A stretch of DNA of 64,000 nucleotides, taken from assembly GCA_027483445.1 (NCBI GenBank), contig JAIXUS010000038.1:83931-147930 (forward strand), written 5' to 3'. The translations under genes and the position numbers were made by a program. Positions 1-8,496 of this stretch are shown here, in pieces. How positions within the stretch are numbered: position 1 is the stretch's first letter; every line of letters begins with the position of its first letter. The notes below the pieces were generated by a model. That model made no database searches. It was not told where the DNA came from and worked only from the letters and a program-made list of their open reading frames with translations. The DNA comes from Bacteroidota bacterium (GTDB taxonomy: Bacteria > Bacteroidota > Bacteroidia > M30B66).

Positions 1-2210
1 CCGATCCATTAATTACCGAAACACAAATATCCAATTCGGTTTATGCCATTGTGGAGGATCGTTATGGTAAACTTTGGGTGGGGACGCTGGGGGGCGGAAT
101 GATGGAATTTGATCGAAGGAAAAAAACATTCACTACATACAAAAATCAAATTTCCGACAGCACATCTATAAGTCACAATAGCGTTGTAACCTTTTGTGAA
201 GACCGTTTCGGATTTTTTTGGGTAGGTACTTATGGGGGAGGATTAAATCGATTTGATCGAAAAACCGGGAAGTTCATCAATTACACGACAGAAAAGGGAT
301 TACCAGATAATTTAATCAGTGCAATTGTGGATGACCAAAATGGCAACTTATGGATTTCTACACACAGCGGAATTACGCGATTTGACACAAAAACAAGAAA
401 TTTCCGAAACTACGACGTATTGGATGGCTTACAGAGTAACGAATTCAATATTGGTGCTGCACTGAGGCTTTCTAACGGGGAAATGCTCTTTGGAGGTATT
501 GCAGGTTTTAATTGGTTTTCTCCCGATAGCATTCAAGGAAATAACTTCATACCTCCAATTGTAATCAGCAGTTTTAAGGTTCTTGATCAAGAATTCCCAC
601 TCAGCGAATCTGTTCAGCTCAATTACAATCAAAATTATGTAACATTTGAGTTTTCTTCGTTGAGCTATGCCTTGTCAGATAAAAATAGGTTTGCCTATAA
701 ACTGGAAGGATTTGACGAGGACTGGATTTATTCTGGAAGCAGGCGTTTTGCGACCTATTCTAATTTAGAACCCGGAGAATACACTTTTTATGTAAAAGGT
801 TCGAACAGCGACGGGGTTTGGAATGAGAAGGGCGCAGCTTTAAAAATTACGATTCAACGTCCATTTTGGAAAACTTGGTGGTTTATTCTGGCCATAGTTC
901 TTTTTGTGCTTGGGTTTTTGTATCTCAGTTATCGCATGAGAATGAGAGTCATAAACCAGCAGAATTCGATGCTCGAAGAGAAAGTAAGAACCCGGACCGC
1001 CGACTTGGAGAAGGCACGTGCTGAAGCTGAATCAGCTCGAGAAGTTGCAGAGAAAGCCAGTCGCTCTAAATCGGGATTTCTGGCAAATATGAGTCACGAA
1101 ATCAGAACTCCGCTCAATGGAATTTTAGGTTTTACCGACTTATTGATTAAAAACAACCCGAATACCGACAACCTCAAGTATTTGGAGCTCATTCGCTCCT
1201 CGGGCGATACATTGCTCAGGTTGCTGAGTGATATTTTAGATTTGAATAAAATTGAACAGGGTAAACTAAACATTGAGAATATTCGATTCAATTTTGCACA
1301 AACGATTCGCGAAACCTTGCTGCCATACCAATATCGGAGTAATGAAAAAGGTTTGCAATTTTTAATGGATTTCGATAAGAGAATTCCAGAATCGATCTAC
1401 GGCGACCCAACGCGGATTAAGCAACTTGTTATAAATCTTGTTTCCAATTCGATAAAATTCACTGAAACCGGAGGAATATCTATTCGGTTTGAGTTAGAAA
1501 CTGAACCCAATGGCAAGTCAGATCTGATTACAATTGTTGGAAGCGTTACCGATACAGGCATCGGAGTACCGGAAGACAAGCAGAGTTTAATTTTCGACAG
1601 CTTTACGCAGGCGGATGGCTCCTTTACCCGAAAATATGGAGGTAGCGGGCTTGGGCTATCCATTGTAAAACAATTGCTTCGCTTAATGGGTGGAGAGATT
1701 GAGTTGGTGAGTCCCGCTGTTGACAAACCATTTCGTTCAAATACTCCCGGTGCTACATTCCGTTTCAGGTTTAAGGTGAAGCCGGCGGTGAGCGAAGAAG
1801 CGGCCAAATCAACGAATTCGGGTAGTGCTTCTACTGAATACCGATTTACTGAATCTTATACCGTGCTATTGGTAGAAGATAATAAAATTAACCAGTTGCT
1901 GGCGGTTACTGTTCTGGAAAATTTCGGCGTCAAAGTGGTTACTGCCGACGACGGTCAGCAGGGTGTAGAAAAGGCTAAAGCTGATGATTTTGATTTGATA
2001 TTAATGGATGTTCAAATGCCGGTTATGAATGGTTATGAAAGCACAGCAGCAATAAGGGCTTTAGGAATGAAGCTTCCAATTATTGGACTAACGGCAAATG
2101 TTTATAAGGAAGACATTGAAAAATGTTTAGAGTCGGGTATGAATGCGCATTTAGGAAAACCATTTACAGAGGCAAGTTTATTCGAAGAGCTGAAAAAGTG
2201 GTTGAATTGA
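1..2210 (+). CDS. Hybrid sensor histidine kinase/response regulator with N-terminal beta-propeller (two-component regulator propeller / Y_Y_Y type) sensor; 5' end lies outside the window
   Basis: The reading frame is open back to nt 3 (…SNSVYAIVEDRYGKLWVGT propeller repeats). It has a TM helix (WWFILAIVLFVLGFLYL), a coiled coil, an H-box SHEIRTPLNGILGF, the HATPase_c G-boxes (GIGVPEDK, GGSGLGLSIV) and a C-terminal receiver (LLVEDNKINQ…LILMDVQMPVMNG). Confidence 0.85.
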   Translation, partial: DPLITETQISNSVYAIVEDRYGKLWVGTLGGGMMEFDRRKKTFTTYKNQISDSTSISHNSVVTFCEDRFGFFWVGTYGGGLNRFDRKTGKFINYTTEKGLPDNLISAIVDDQNGNLWISTHSGITRFDTKTRNFRNYDVLDGLQSNEFNIGAALRLSNGEMLFGGIAGFNWFSPDSIQGNNFIPPIVISSFKVLDQEFPLSESVQLNYNQNYVTFEFSSLSYALSDKNRFAYKLEGFDEDWIYSGSRRFATYSNLEPGEYTFYVKGSNSDGVWNEKGAALKITIQRPFWKTWWFILAIVLFVLGFLYLSYRMRMRVINQQNSMLEEKVRTRTADLEKARAEAESAREVAEKASRSKSGFLANMSHEIRTPLNGILGFTDLLIKNNPNTDNLKYLELIRSSGDTLLRLLSDILDLNKIEQGKLNIENIRFNFAQTIRETLLPYQYRSNEKGLQFLMDFDKRIPESIYGDPTRIKQLVINLVSNSIKFTETGGISIRFELETEPNGKSDLITIVGSVTDTGIGVPEDKQSLIFDSFTQADGSFTRKYGGSGLGLSIVKQLLRLMGGEIELVSPAVDKPFRSNTPGATFRFRFKVKPAVSEEAAKSTNSGSASTEYRFTESYTVLLVEDNKINQLLAVTVLENFGVKVVTADDGQQGVEKAKADDFDLILMDVQMPVMNGYESTAAIRALGMKLPIIGLTANVYKEDIEKCLESGMNAHLGKPFTEASLFEELKKWLN

Positions 2211-2648
2211 ACGGCTCAAATCCAATGCTTTCTTTGATTAAAATGATGCAGCTTTACGCGTTTACTATTAACCTCAATTGCGGCGAGTAAGCATCTATTT
2301 ATAAGAGGATTCGCTAGAAATGCTTATCTGAAATACGAGTTACCTGTTCATCTATGAAGGCTTACTGAAAATTCAAAAAGATTACGGCGATGCGAGGCGA
2401 CGAGGCAAAGCTGAGTAAAGAAAAGAGCTCAGATTGGGAAAGTTGCAATTAAAAACTTTTACCGGCCTGTTTTTGTGAATTTTAAATGAAAGTTGCGAGG
2501 ATTAACGAGGGCTTTCGAGCTTCGGATGTTTTTTGAGTATTGAGCAATACTATATTTGCCGCCCTTTCGTTAAAAATCCGGTAGAGCATAGTCGGAGAAA
2601 TCGAAAAGGGAATCTATATAAACAAAAAGGCTTAGTCCTGAACGCATT

Positions 2649-3869
2649 ATGTTAAACACCAGCTACACCAATCACTCATGGCCAATTGTTTCGGAGGAAG
2701 CCGAAATCAATCGACAAAGAGCCCTAAAACAGTATTCGATTTCTGACGCCGGCATGGAGATTTCTTTTGAAGAGATCGCTGAAATAGCAGCCGATTCATG
2801 CAAAGTTCCAGTGGTTACCATTTCAATGATAGATCATGATACACAGTGGATTTTAGCTGCACATGGAACTGATATTCGAAAACTACCAAGGCATCAGTCG
2901 CTTTGCGCACTCACCTTAGGCAGCCCCTTCAAATCAATAGTAATTGCCGATTTAAAGACAGATGAGCGTTTGAGAAATCATCATTTGGCAGCTCAGGAAG
3001 GTGGGTATCGTTTTTTCGCAGGTTTTCCCATTACATCCCACGAAGGTTATTCTATTGGAGCACTCAGCGTTTTCGATTATCAATCCAGAGAACTTGATAA
3101 AACTCAACTCCGGATGCTGAAAATGTTGGCCAATCAGGTAATGAATACGATTGAGCTTACCAGTAAGGTTTATCAATTGGAGAAAACTCAGCAAAAGTTA
3201 GAAGTTGCTAATCACGACTTGGCTCGGTTTGCCCATGTAGTAGCCCATGATATTCGGTCACCCTTGAAGAATATCTATTCCTTAGCACAATTGCTCGAAA
3301 AAGACGAAGACTTAAGTGAGGACTCACAGAAGATGATCGATTTCATTCAGCATTCAGCAAAGGAACTAGAACATTTAGTGGAAGGAATACTGGAATATTC
3401 TTTGGCCGGTAAAAATGGAGTAAACAAGCAATTGGTAAATCTTGAAGCCATTGTAGACAATGTAATTGAATTGCTACAACCCACTCCTGAAGTTCACATC
3501 AATCTTCAGCATAAAGCAGGAAAAGTAGTAAGTGACGCTACACTGTTAAGACAAATTCTTCTGAATTTAGTTACCAATGCCATTCGCTACAATAATAAGC
3601 AAAACACTCAGATTGAGATAAGAACAGAATTGAACGGTAACCATTGGCTTTTATTGGTTAGCGACAATGGCCCCGGTATTGAAGATCATCTCAAAAAACA
3701 AATTTTTGAGCCCTATAAGGTATTAACCGAAAGTGATCGGTTCGGAAAAAGGGGGAGTGGAATTGGGCTGGCAACTGTGAAGAGCCTTACCGAAAAGCTT
3801 GGGGGTAAAATTACCGTTGAAAGTACTCTTGGTGCAGGATCGACTTTTGTGCTCAACTTTCCTGCTTAA
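2649..3869 (+). CDS. GAF-domain sensor histidine kinase (cytoplasmic)
   Basis: It has an N-terminal GAF-like region, an H-box AHDIRSPLKNI, and an N-box/G-boxes (LVTNAIRYN, DNGPGIED, GSGIGLATV). There is no TM segment. Confidence 0.85.
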   Translation: MLNTSYTNHSWPIVSEEAEINRQRALKQYSISDAGMEISFEEIAEIAADSCKVPVVTISMIDHDTQWILAAHGTDIRKLPRHQSLCALTLGSPFKSIVIADLKTDERLRNHHLAAQEGGYRFFAGFPITSHEGYSIGALSVFDYQSRELDKTQLRMLKMLANQVMNTIELTSKVYQLEKTQQKLEVANHDLARFAHVVAHDIRSPLKNIYSLAQLLEKDEDLSEDSQKMIDFIQHSAKELEHLVEGILEYSLAGKNGVNKQLVNLEAIVDNVIELLQPTPEVHINLQHKAGKVVSDATLLRQILLNLVTNAIRYNNKQNTQIEIRTELNGNHWLLLVSDNGPGIEDHLKKQIFEPYKVLTESDRFGKRGSGIGLATVKSLTEKLGGKITVESTLGAGSTFVLNFPA

Positions 3870-3954
3870 TGTTCCAAGATTAAAATTTCGGCTAGGTTAA
3901 ATGCTTGCATTCAGAATAGAAATTTCGATGTTTGCATTGGCGTTTAACACCCAT

Positions 3955-4026
3955 GGCACCGTAGTTCAATGGATAGAATAGGCGTTTCCTAAACGCTTGA
4001 TGCAGGTTCGATTCCTGCCGGAGCCA
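3955..4026 (+). tRNA. tRNA-Arg (anticodon CCT), 72 nt, no encoded CCA
   Basis: It folds as a cloverleaf by hand. The acceptor stem is GGCACCG/CGGAGCC with one A-A mismatch at 4:69. The D-arm is GTTC…GAAT, the anticodon stem GGCGT/ACGCT has loop TTCCTAA, and the T-arm is GCAGG-TTCGATT-CCTGC. Confidence 0.7.
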
Positions 4027-4045
4027 CTACAATAATGCAAAGAAA

Positions 4046-4094
4046 AAGCGTGAACAGATTGCTTAATCGAGTTCACGCTTTCTTGCTTTTTGCC
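4046..4094. terminator. Bidirectional rho-independent terminator (10-bp stem AAGCGTGAAC/GTTCACGCTT, T-runs on both strands)
   Basis: The hairpin is perfect and is followed by TCTTGCTTTTTG on the plus strand and TTTTCTTTGC on the minus strand. It sits between the tRNA (+) and the end of the minus-strand gene 4095..4292. Confidence 0.7.
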
Positions 4095-4292
4095 TTAATT
4101 CAATTCGCAGGATCCTCCTAGAAGGGCTGCGCCGGCGCTCGCAGCATCACATGAATCCTGAGCTTCCGATTTTTTCACATCGGTAAAGGTTTGACTTACA
4201 GTTTGTCCCAAAATGGTGCACTCACAGGTAAAGTCTTTTTTACAAGCGGCAAACAATGCCACAATTGCAAGCAGAGAGAAGAGTTTTTTCAT
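4095..4292 (-). CDS. Small secreted Cys-rich lipoprotein (65 aa)
   Basis: It has a signal peptide with lipobox LFAAC, 6 Cys in the mature part, and a terminator immediately downstream. Confidence 0.5.
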   Translation of the reverse strand: MKKLFSLLAIVALFAACKKDFTCECTILGQTVSQTFTDVKKSEAQDSCDAASAGAALLGGSCELN

Positions 4293-4450
4293 ACAATGAA
4301 TTTATGGAGTAAAGAAAGTGAATTTTGCTTTTTGTTCGTAGCTATTCTAAAAAAGTCGATAACGGTATTTCATGGGAAGCAGTTCAGACAAAATCCGTCA
4401 ATGAAGAAAGAATTGAAAAATCGATCCAATTTCAGGGTAAACGAAAATAT

Positions 4451-4569
4451 GCGCCACCGACTGAAGCCGATAGCTCTCGTGAGCTTTGCGAAACGAGACT
4501 TAAGGCGAAAGGCGGGATGCCTGAAAACGAAACCCGGATAATACGATAAACTTCGAACAGGCAGGCGCC
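4451..4569 (+). repeat. Intergenic mosaic element, module B copy 1 (GCGCC…GGCGCC bounded)
   Basis: It shares the blocks tGCGCCACCGAyTGAAGCCG, CTwAAGGCGAAArGCGGGATGCC and CAGGCGCCCAAA with 19188..19328. The intervening hairpins differ but keep their pairing (GCCTG/CAGGC here versus GCCCGG/CCGGGC there). Confidence 0.55.
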
Positions 4570-4638
4570 CAAAAGATTTACTAATGTAAAAATCGCCAGC
4601 GGCCTACTGTAATTATGTTGTGAATTGGTGACTTGAAA

Positions 4639-5133
4639 TCAAAAACTTTCGTCCTGAATACTGCCATTTACAACAACCAGAGAATCGGTTGGTGAATAGT
4701 AAGCTACACCGCTAAATGTGGCTGTGTAATAGGTAAAACTGCCGTCGTTTCTCGACTGATTGATGACTACCTGCCCTCTGGACTTGGGTTGAATCAATCC
4801 GCCCATATAGTAATCGAGGCCAGCAATTTTGAAAGCAATTTGATTAGAAAGTGTTGAATCGATTTGATACGTTCCAGGGCCATTAAAATTAGAAATGCTT
4901 CCTGTTGCACCGTTATCACCATTAAAATCGCCTCTCATGAGAAGGAGATTCGGATTTGAAATGCTATTTACATAACAACCTACGTTCTTGTCAAAATTAT
5001 ATTCTGCACCATTGGCCGTAAATTTGAAAAATCCCGGAACATCTTCTTCTTCGCGATTGCAAGCCACAAAAGTGAGGATAGAAATAGTTATAAAAATGAC
5101 ATTAAGCAATTGACGTAAGCTCATAGGGTGCAA
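4639..5133 (-). CDS. Hypothetical secreted lipoprotein (likely start at the internal Met MSLRQLL…FVAC)
   Basis: It has a signal peptide with lipobox (TFVAC), is Gly/Asn-rich, and has no recognisable catalytic motif. Confidence 0.55.
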   Translation of the reverse strand: MHPMSLRQLLNVIFITISILTFVACNREEEDVPGFFKFTANGAEYNFDKNVGCYVNSISNPNLLLMRGDFNGDNGATGSISNFNGPGTYQIDSTLSNQIAFKIAGLDYYMGGLIQPKSRGQVVINQSRNDGSFTYYTATFSGVAYYSPTDSLVVVNGSIQDESF

Positions 5134-5461
5134 ACTGAATCAGTTTGCGAGTTTACGAAAAAACACAACAATCTGAGAATGATATGGATATTTTCCAAAA
5201 CTACGGGGATGCACCATTCCAGAGTGGCGATGAAGACAGCGCCTACAGTAAGTAACTTACTCAGCTTACTGTAAACACTTTAGGTGAAACTACTATCCAA
5301 TTAGCTGGTGTAATTTCAGGCGTATTCATGAAACCGGTGCATGTTTGTTTACCCATTGTTCAGCAATTCGTGACGCAGGTGCATGGCGTTAGCCTCACTG
5401 CATTGCACTTATGAAATTTGCAACATTTTAACTGATCTTTCACAGTGTGAAATCGAAACGT

Positions 5462-7192
5462 TTAACGGATAATTATCCTCTGAAACATTCGTTGTGACTG
5501 GGTTTCTGCCTCCAGAATATAGGCTCCGGATAACAAGTGGTCGATCGATATTGGATGATTAACCTCGTAGGAAAAATGTGCCGCACAGCGACCTGAAGTA
5601 TCGTAAATGCGAATTTGCGCCGGGGTTTTGAGTCCTGAAATATGAATCAAACCTTGAGAAGGATTGGGGAAAAGCTTAAAGTTATCGGGCTCAGGTGTAG
5701 GAACTACAGTCACTTCTGCGGGAATAAAGCGTGCAAAAAAAGCATCACGACCGGCGGCAGAAACGATGGTTGCTTCGGCAGGACCGGCGTTTAGTGCAAG
5801 GGTGCTATCGGTGACGCCCGCAATGAGATAATATGGGCCTTCGGTGCGACCAAAGCTTGCAAAATCGAGGGCTGGCGACCCTCGGGTGTATAACCTTTGA
5901 AACTCTCCGGAGTGATTTAAACTTAACACGAATAAATCGAAATTACCCACCGGATTTTGAGTAAGGTTACTTACTCCCGGGTCAAAATCGAGCGGAGCAT
6001 TAAAAAAACCACTAATAACCAGCTCATCCTGGGTGATTTGAGTGGAGAAAGTTTCCTCCGGACCACTCGATCCAAAAGCCTTTGCCCAGCCAAGATTACC
6101 TTGTAAATCCATCATTCCCAAAAAGATATCTTGCTGGCCATTGGACACAAATTGCAATGGGTTCGCAGACGTATCCATGTTGAGAATATCATTGAAATAC
6201 CCGGTAAACAGTAAAGAGTCGCTGTAAAGCTGAATTTCGGTTATTGATTTAAGCCCTGTTGGTCCATGGAAAACCCGGCTCCATAAATATTCGCCATCTG
6301 CATTGAGAGAAATTATTACGGGGTCGCGATTAGCCTCTACCCACACTGTATCATCACCCGGATTTAAGTCGATGGTTTGATGGATAAATCCACCGACATA
6401 CACATTATCATTATTATCCACCTCGACAGTTTGTAATTTGCAGGAAGCAATTGAGGTTGGGGCCCATTTTCTATACCATAACAAAGAATCTTCGTTATTT
6501 AATTTCACAAGTAGCATTTCGGTGAGGCCCCCTGGGCCATCTTGTGTGCTCACTTCAACTACTTCATCGCTGGGGTCAATATCCACATCACCGGCAATAT
6601 TCATTGCTACATAAGTTTCGTTTGAGGAAGCAATTACAATATTAGACGGTTTACAATCGGAACTTGCGCCTAATCCCCTAAAGTGCGCCGCGTTCATTAA
6701 ATCGCCATTTGAATTTAATCTCAGCAAAAAACCCTGATCACCCGGCGCATTATTATTGGAGGTCAATAGTGTTTCTCCAGGTCCGGGTTCTGCATCGAAT
6801 TGAAATTGGAAATAACCCGTTAAAATCAAATCGCCCTGAGATGAGAATGTGATGGTATTAAAGAAGCAAAAGTTTCCAAATGTATCAAAAGGCTTTACCC
6901 AAATAAGTTCGCCGTTTTCGGTTAAATGTAGGAGGGCAAATTGATTCCAAACCGCAAAGGAATTGGGATCTGCATTGAGAATAGCGGCCCCAGGCCCCGG
7001 GTCGAAATCGGTGTTGCCTTTAAAGGAAGCAATGGCATACCAACTGCCATCGGGTGCTTGGCTGATGCGGGATAGAGAAACGAACTGATCACTTTCAAAG
7101 TGACGAAACCATTCGGGCTGTGCCTGAAGGGCAATGTTAATTGCAAAAAAAATGAGTGATAAAACAACCTGCTTGGCTAAAGTTGCCTTCAT
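5462..7192 (-). CDS. Secreted beta-propeller (SBBP-like repeat) protein with T9SS type-A C-terminal sorting domain
   Basis: It has a signal peptide (…ALQAQ) and a repeated DxDPGPG / TGxF propeller-like motif. The C-terminus is KLFPNPSQGLIHISGL…IYDTSGR…GAYILEAETQ, which is a Por_Secre_tail signature. Confidence 0.8.
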   Translation of the reverse strand: MKATLAKQVVLSLIFFAINIALQAQPEWFRHFESDQFVSLSRISQAPDGSWYAIASFKGNTDFDPGPGAAILNADPNSFAVWNQFALLHLTENGELIWVKPFDTFGNFCFFNTITFSSQGDLILTGYFQFQFDAEPGPGETLLTSNNNAPGDQGFLLRLNSNGDLMNAAHFRGLGASSDCKPSNIVIASSNETYVAMNIAGDVDIDPSDEVVEVSTQDGPGGLTEMLLVKLNNEDSLLWYRKWAPTSIASCKLQTVEVDNNDNVYVGGFIHQTIDLNPGDDTVWVEANRDPVIISLNADGEYLWSRVFHGPTGLKSITEIQLYSDSLLFTGYFNDILNMDTSANPLQFVSNGQQDIFLGMMDLQGNLGWAKAFGSSGPEETFSTQITQDELVISGFFNAPLDFDPGVSNLTQNPVGNFDLFVLSLNHSGEFQRLYTRGSPALDFASFGRTEGPYYLIAGVTDSTLALNAGPAEATIVSAAGRDAFFARFIPAEVTVVPTPEPDNFKLFPNPSQGLIHISGLKTPAQIRIYDTSGRCAAHFSYEVNHPISIDHLLSGAYILEAETQSQRMFQRIIIR

Positions 7193-7803
7193 GACTATGT
7201 AATTTTAGTATTCAACAAACTTACCCAACGAAAAAAATCGATGCTATACCGCAATGGGGGGAGCTGAGGTAGAAACATGAATACGCGGCGATGAATTTGA
7301 AGATAGGTCTTTCTGAAAAACACTCAATAGTATTATTTACAACACTTTAGCCCCTGTTTGGACGGGGCTTACTGCAAGGGTTTTTAGATCGGCTTTCTAA
7401 AAGCCATGCATTCCTGAATTCATGAAGTTCAATTTTTCGCTAGCCAGAAACGCCGCATTTGCTTCATTGCTCGCTGCTCGGATCTGCCACATTATCAGAT
7501 CTACTAGTAAGCCCTAAGTTAGAGGATAAGAATAATAGAGGCCTAGTGAAAAACATTCAATAACATTTTTCTCAAAGCATTAAACCCGGTTTGAATAGAA
7601 CTAGGGACCATGCACATTCATGGGCCATTTAAAATCCATATACTCCTGAAATTATACAGCTCAATAACTTGCTCGGCAAAGCCGTAGCATTTACTTCGTT
7701 GCTTGTGGCAAAAAGTATTATACCCAGCTTCGCTTTTTCACAGAGTAATTGTAGCTCTTCCGACTTTTTTCAATAAGCCTTAGGTAAGAGTTAGTTGATA
7801 AAG

Positions 7804-8496
7804 CTAAACACTTGACTTTAAGGCATTGTTCATGGTTATGCAAAACTTAACCAGCGATAAATGTCCTTTTAAACCCAATTTCAAAATAATATTCGAGCGG
7901 TGATTCTCAATAGTCTTCACGCTATTGTGCAATTGCTTGGCGATTTCAACAGAAGAAAATCCTTCAGCAATGAGGCTGAAAATTCGTTTTTCGGATTTGG
8001 TTAAATTGGTATATTTTTCTGTATAAGCCTGAATTTCCTGCTGAGTAAGCACCTGACCTGATTCAGCAGTTGATGAGTAGCTTTTGAGCAATTCGTTTCG
8101 TTTAAGCCGGACTGCGATAGCATTGGTTAAATCGCGAACGCTAAATGGTTTGGTAATGTAGTCGTCGGCGCCGAGACCCATACCTGCCCGAATGTCTTTA
8201 TGTTCGACCTTAGCGGTTAGAAAAATAAAGGGTATAGAGGCGTATTTTTCCATATTTCTGATTTGCTCCAACACCCAAAAGCCGTCTTTTCCTGGCATTT
8301 TAATATCACAAAGAATAAGGTCGGGCATTTCGTGTTGAATCAAAGCGACTCCAGACTCACCGGAGTCAGCGGTTACTATTGAATACCCTGAAATTTGGAG
8401 TATTTCGCTGATGTTTTCACGTAATTTTAACTCGTCTTCAATGATGGCTATTTTCTTCTGGTGTTTCATATAAAGGGAAAAGGTTAGGAAATTCAA
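7804..8496 (-). CDS. Two-component response regulator, REC + LuxR/FixJ HTH (probable true start at 8469, MKHQKK…)
   Basis: The receiver has IAIIEDE…LILCDIKMPGKDG. The C-terminal HTH is GFSSVEIAKQLHNSVKTIENHRSNIILKLG. The gene overlaps the end of the upstream kinase. Confidence 0.85.
   Translation of the reverse strand: MNFLTFSLYMKHQKKIAIIEDELKLRENISEILQISGYSIVTADSGESGVALIQHEMPDLILCDIKMPGKDGFWVLEQIRNMEKYASIPFIFLTAKVEHKDIRAGMGLGADDYITKPFSVRDLTNAIAVRLKRNELLKSYSSTAESGQVLTQQEIQAYTEKYTNLTKSEKRIFSLIAEGFSSVEIAKQLHNSVKTIENHRSNIILKLGLKGHLSLVKFCITMNNALKSSV

Noticed and set aside
4191-4549. ORFs 4191..4541 and 4325..4549 (+)
   Set aside because: They overlap the minus-strand lipoprotein gene in antisense and run through the module-B repeat. 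They have no signal or domain features.
4451-4569. Possibility that module B is a known single-copy RNA (SRP/4.5S RNA, RNase P RNA, cobalamin or ZTP riboswitch)
   Set aside because: There are superficial matches such as GAGCAGCCAA…GGCAG and GCCACCG. The element is multi-copy, lacks the defining cores (SRP domain IV GGAA tetraloop context, P4 of RNase P, the full B12 box, the ZTP pseudoknot), and occurs in inconsistent orientation relative to genes.
3955-5133. Genomic island or prophage integrated at the tRNA-Arg
   Set aside because: There is no integrase, no direct repeat of the tRNA 3' end, and no phage-like genes within several kb. Only small lipoprotein genes and a repeat module are present.
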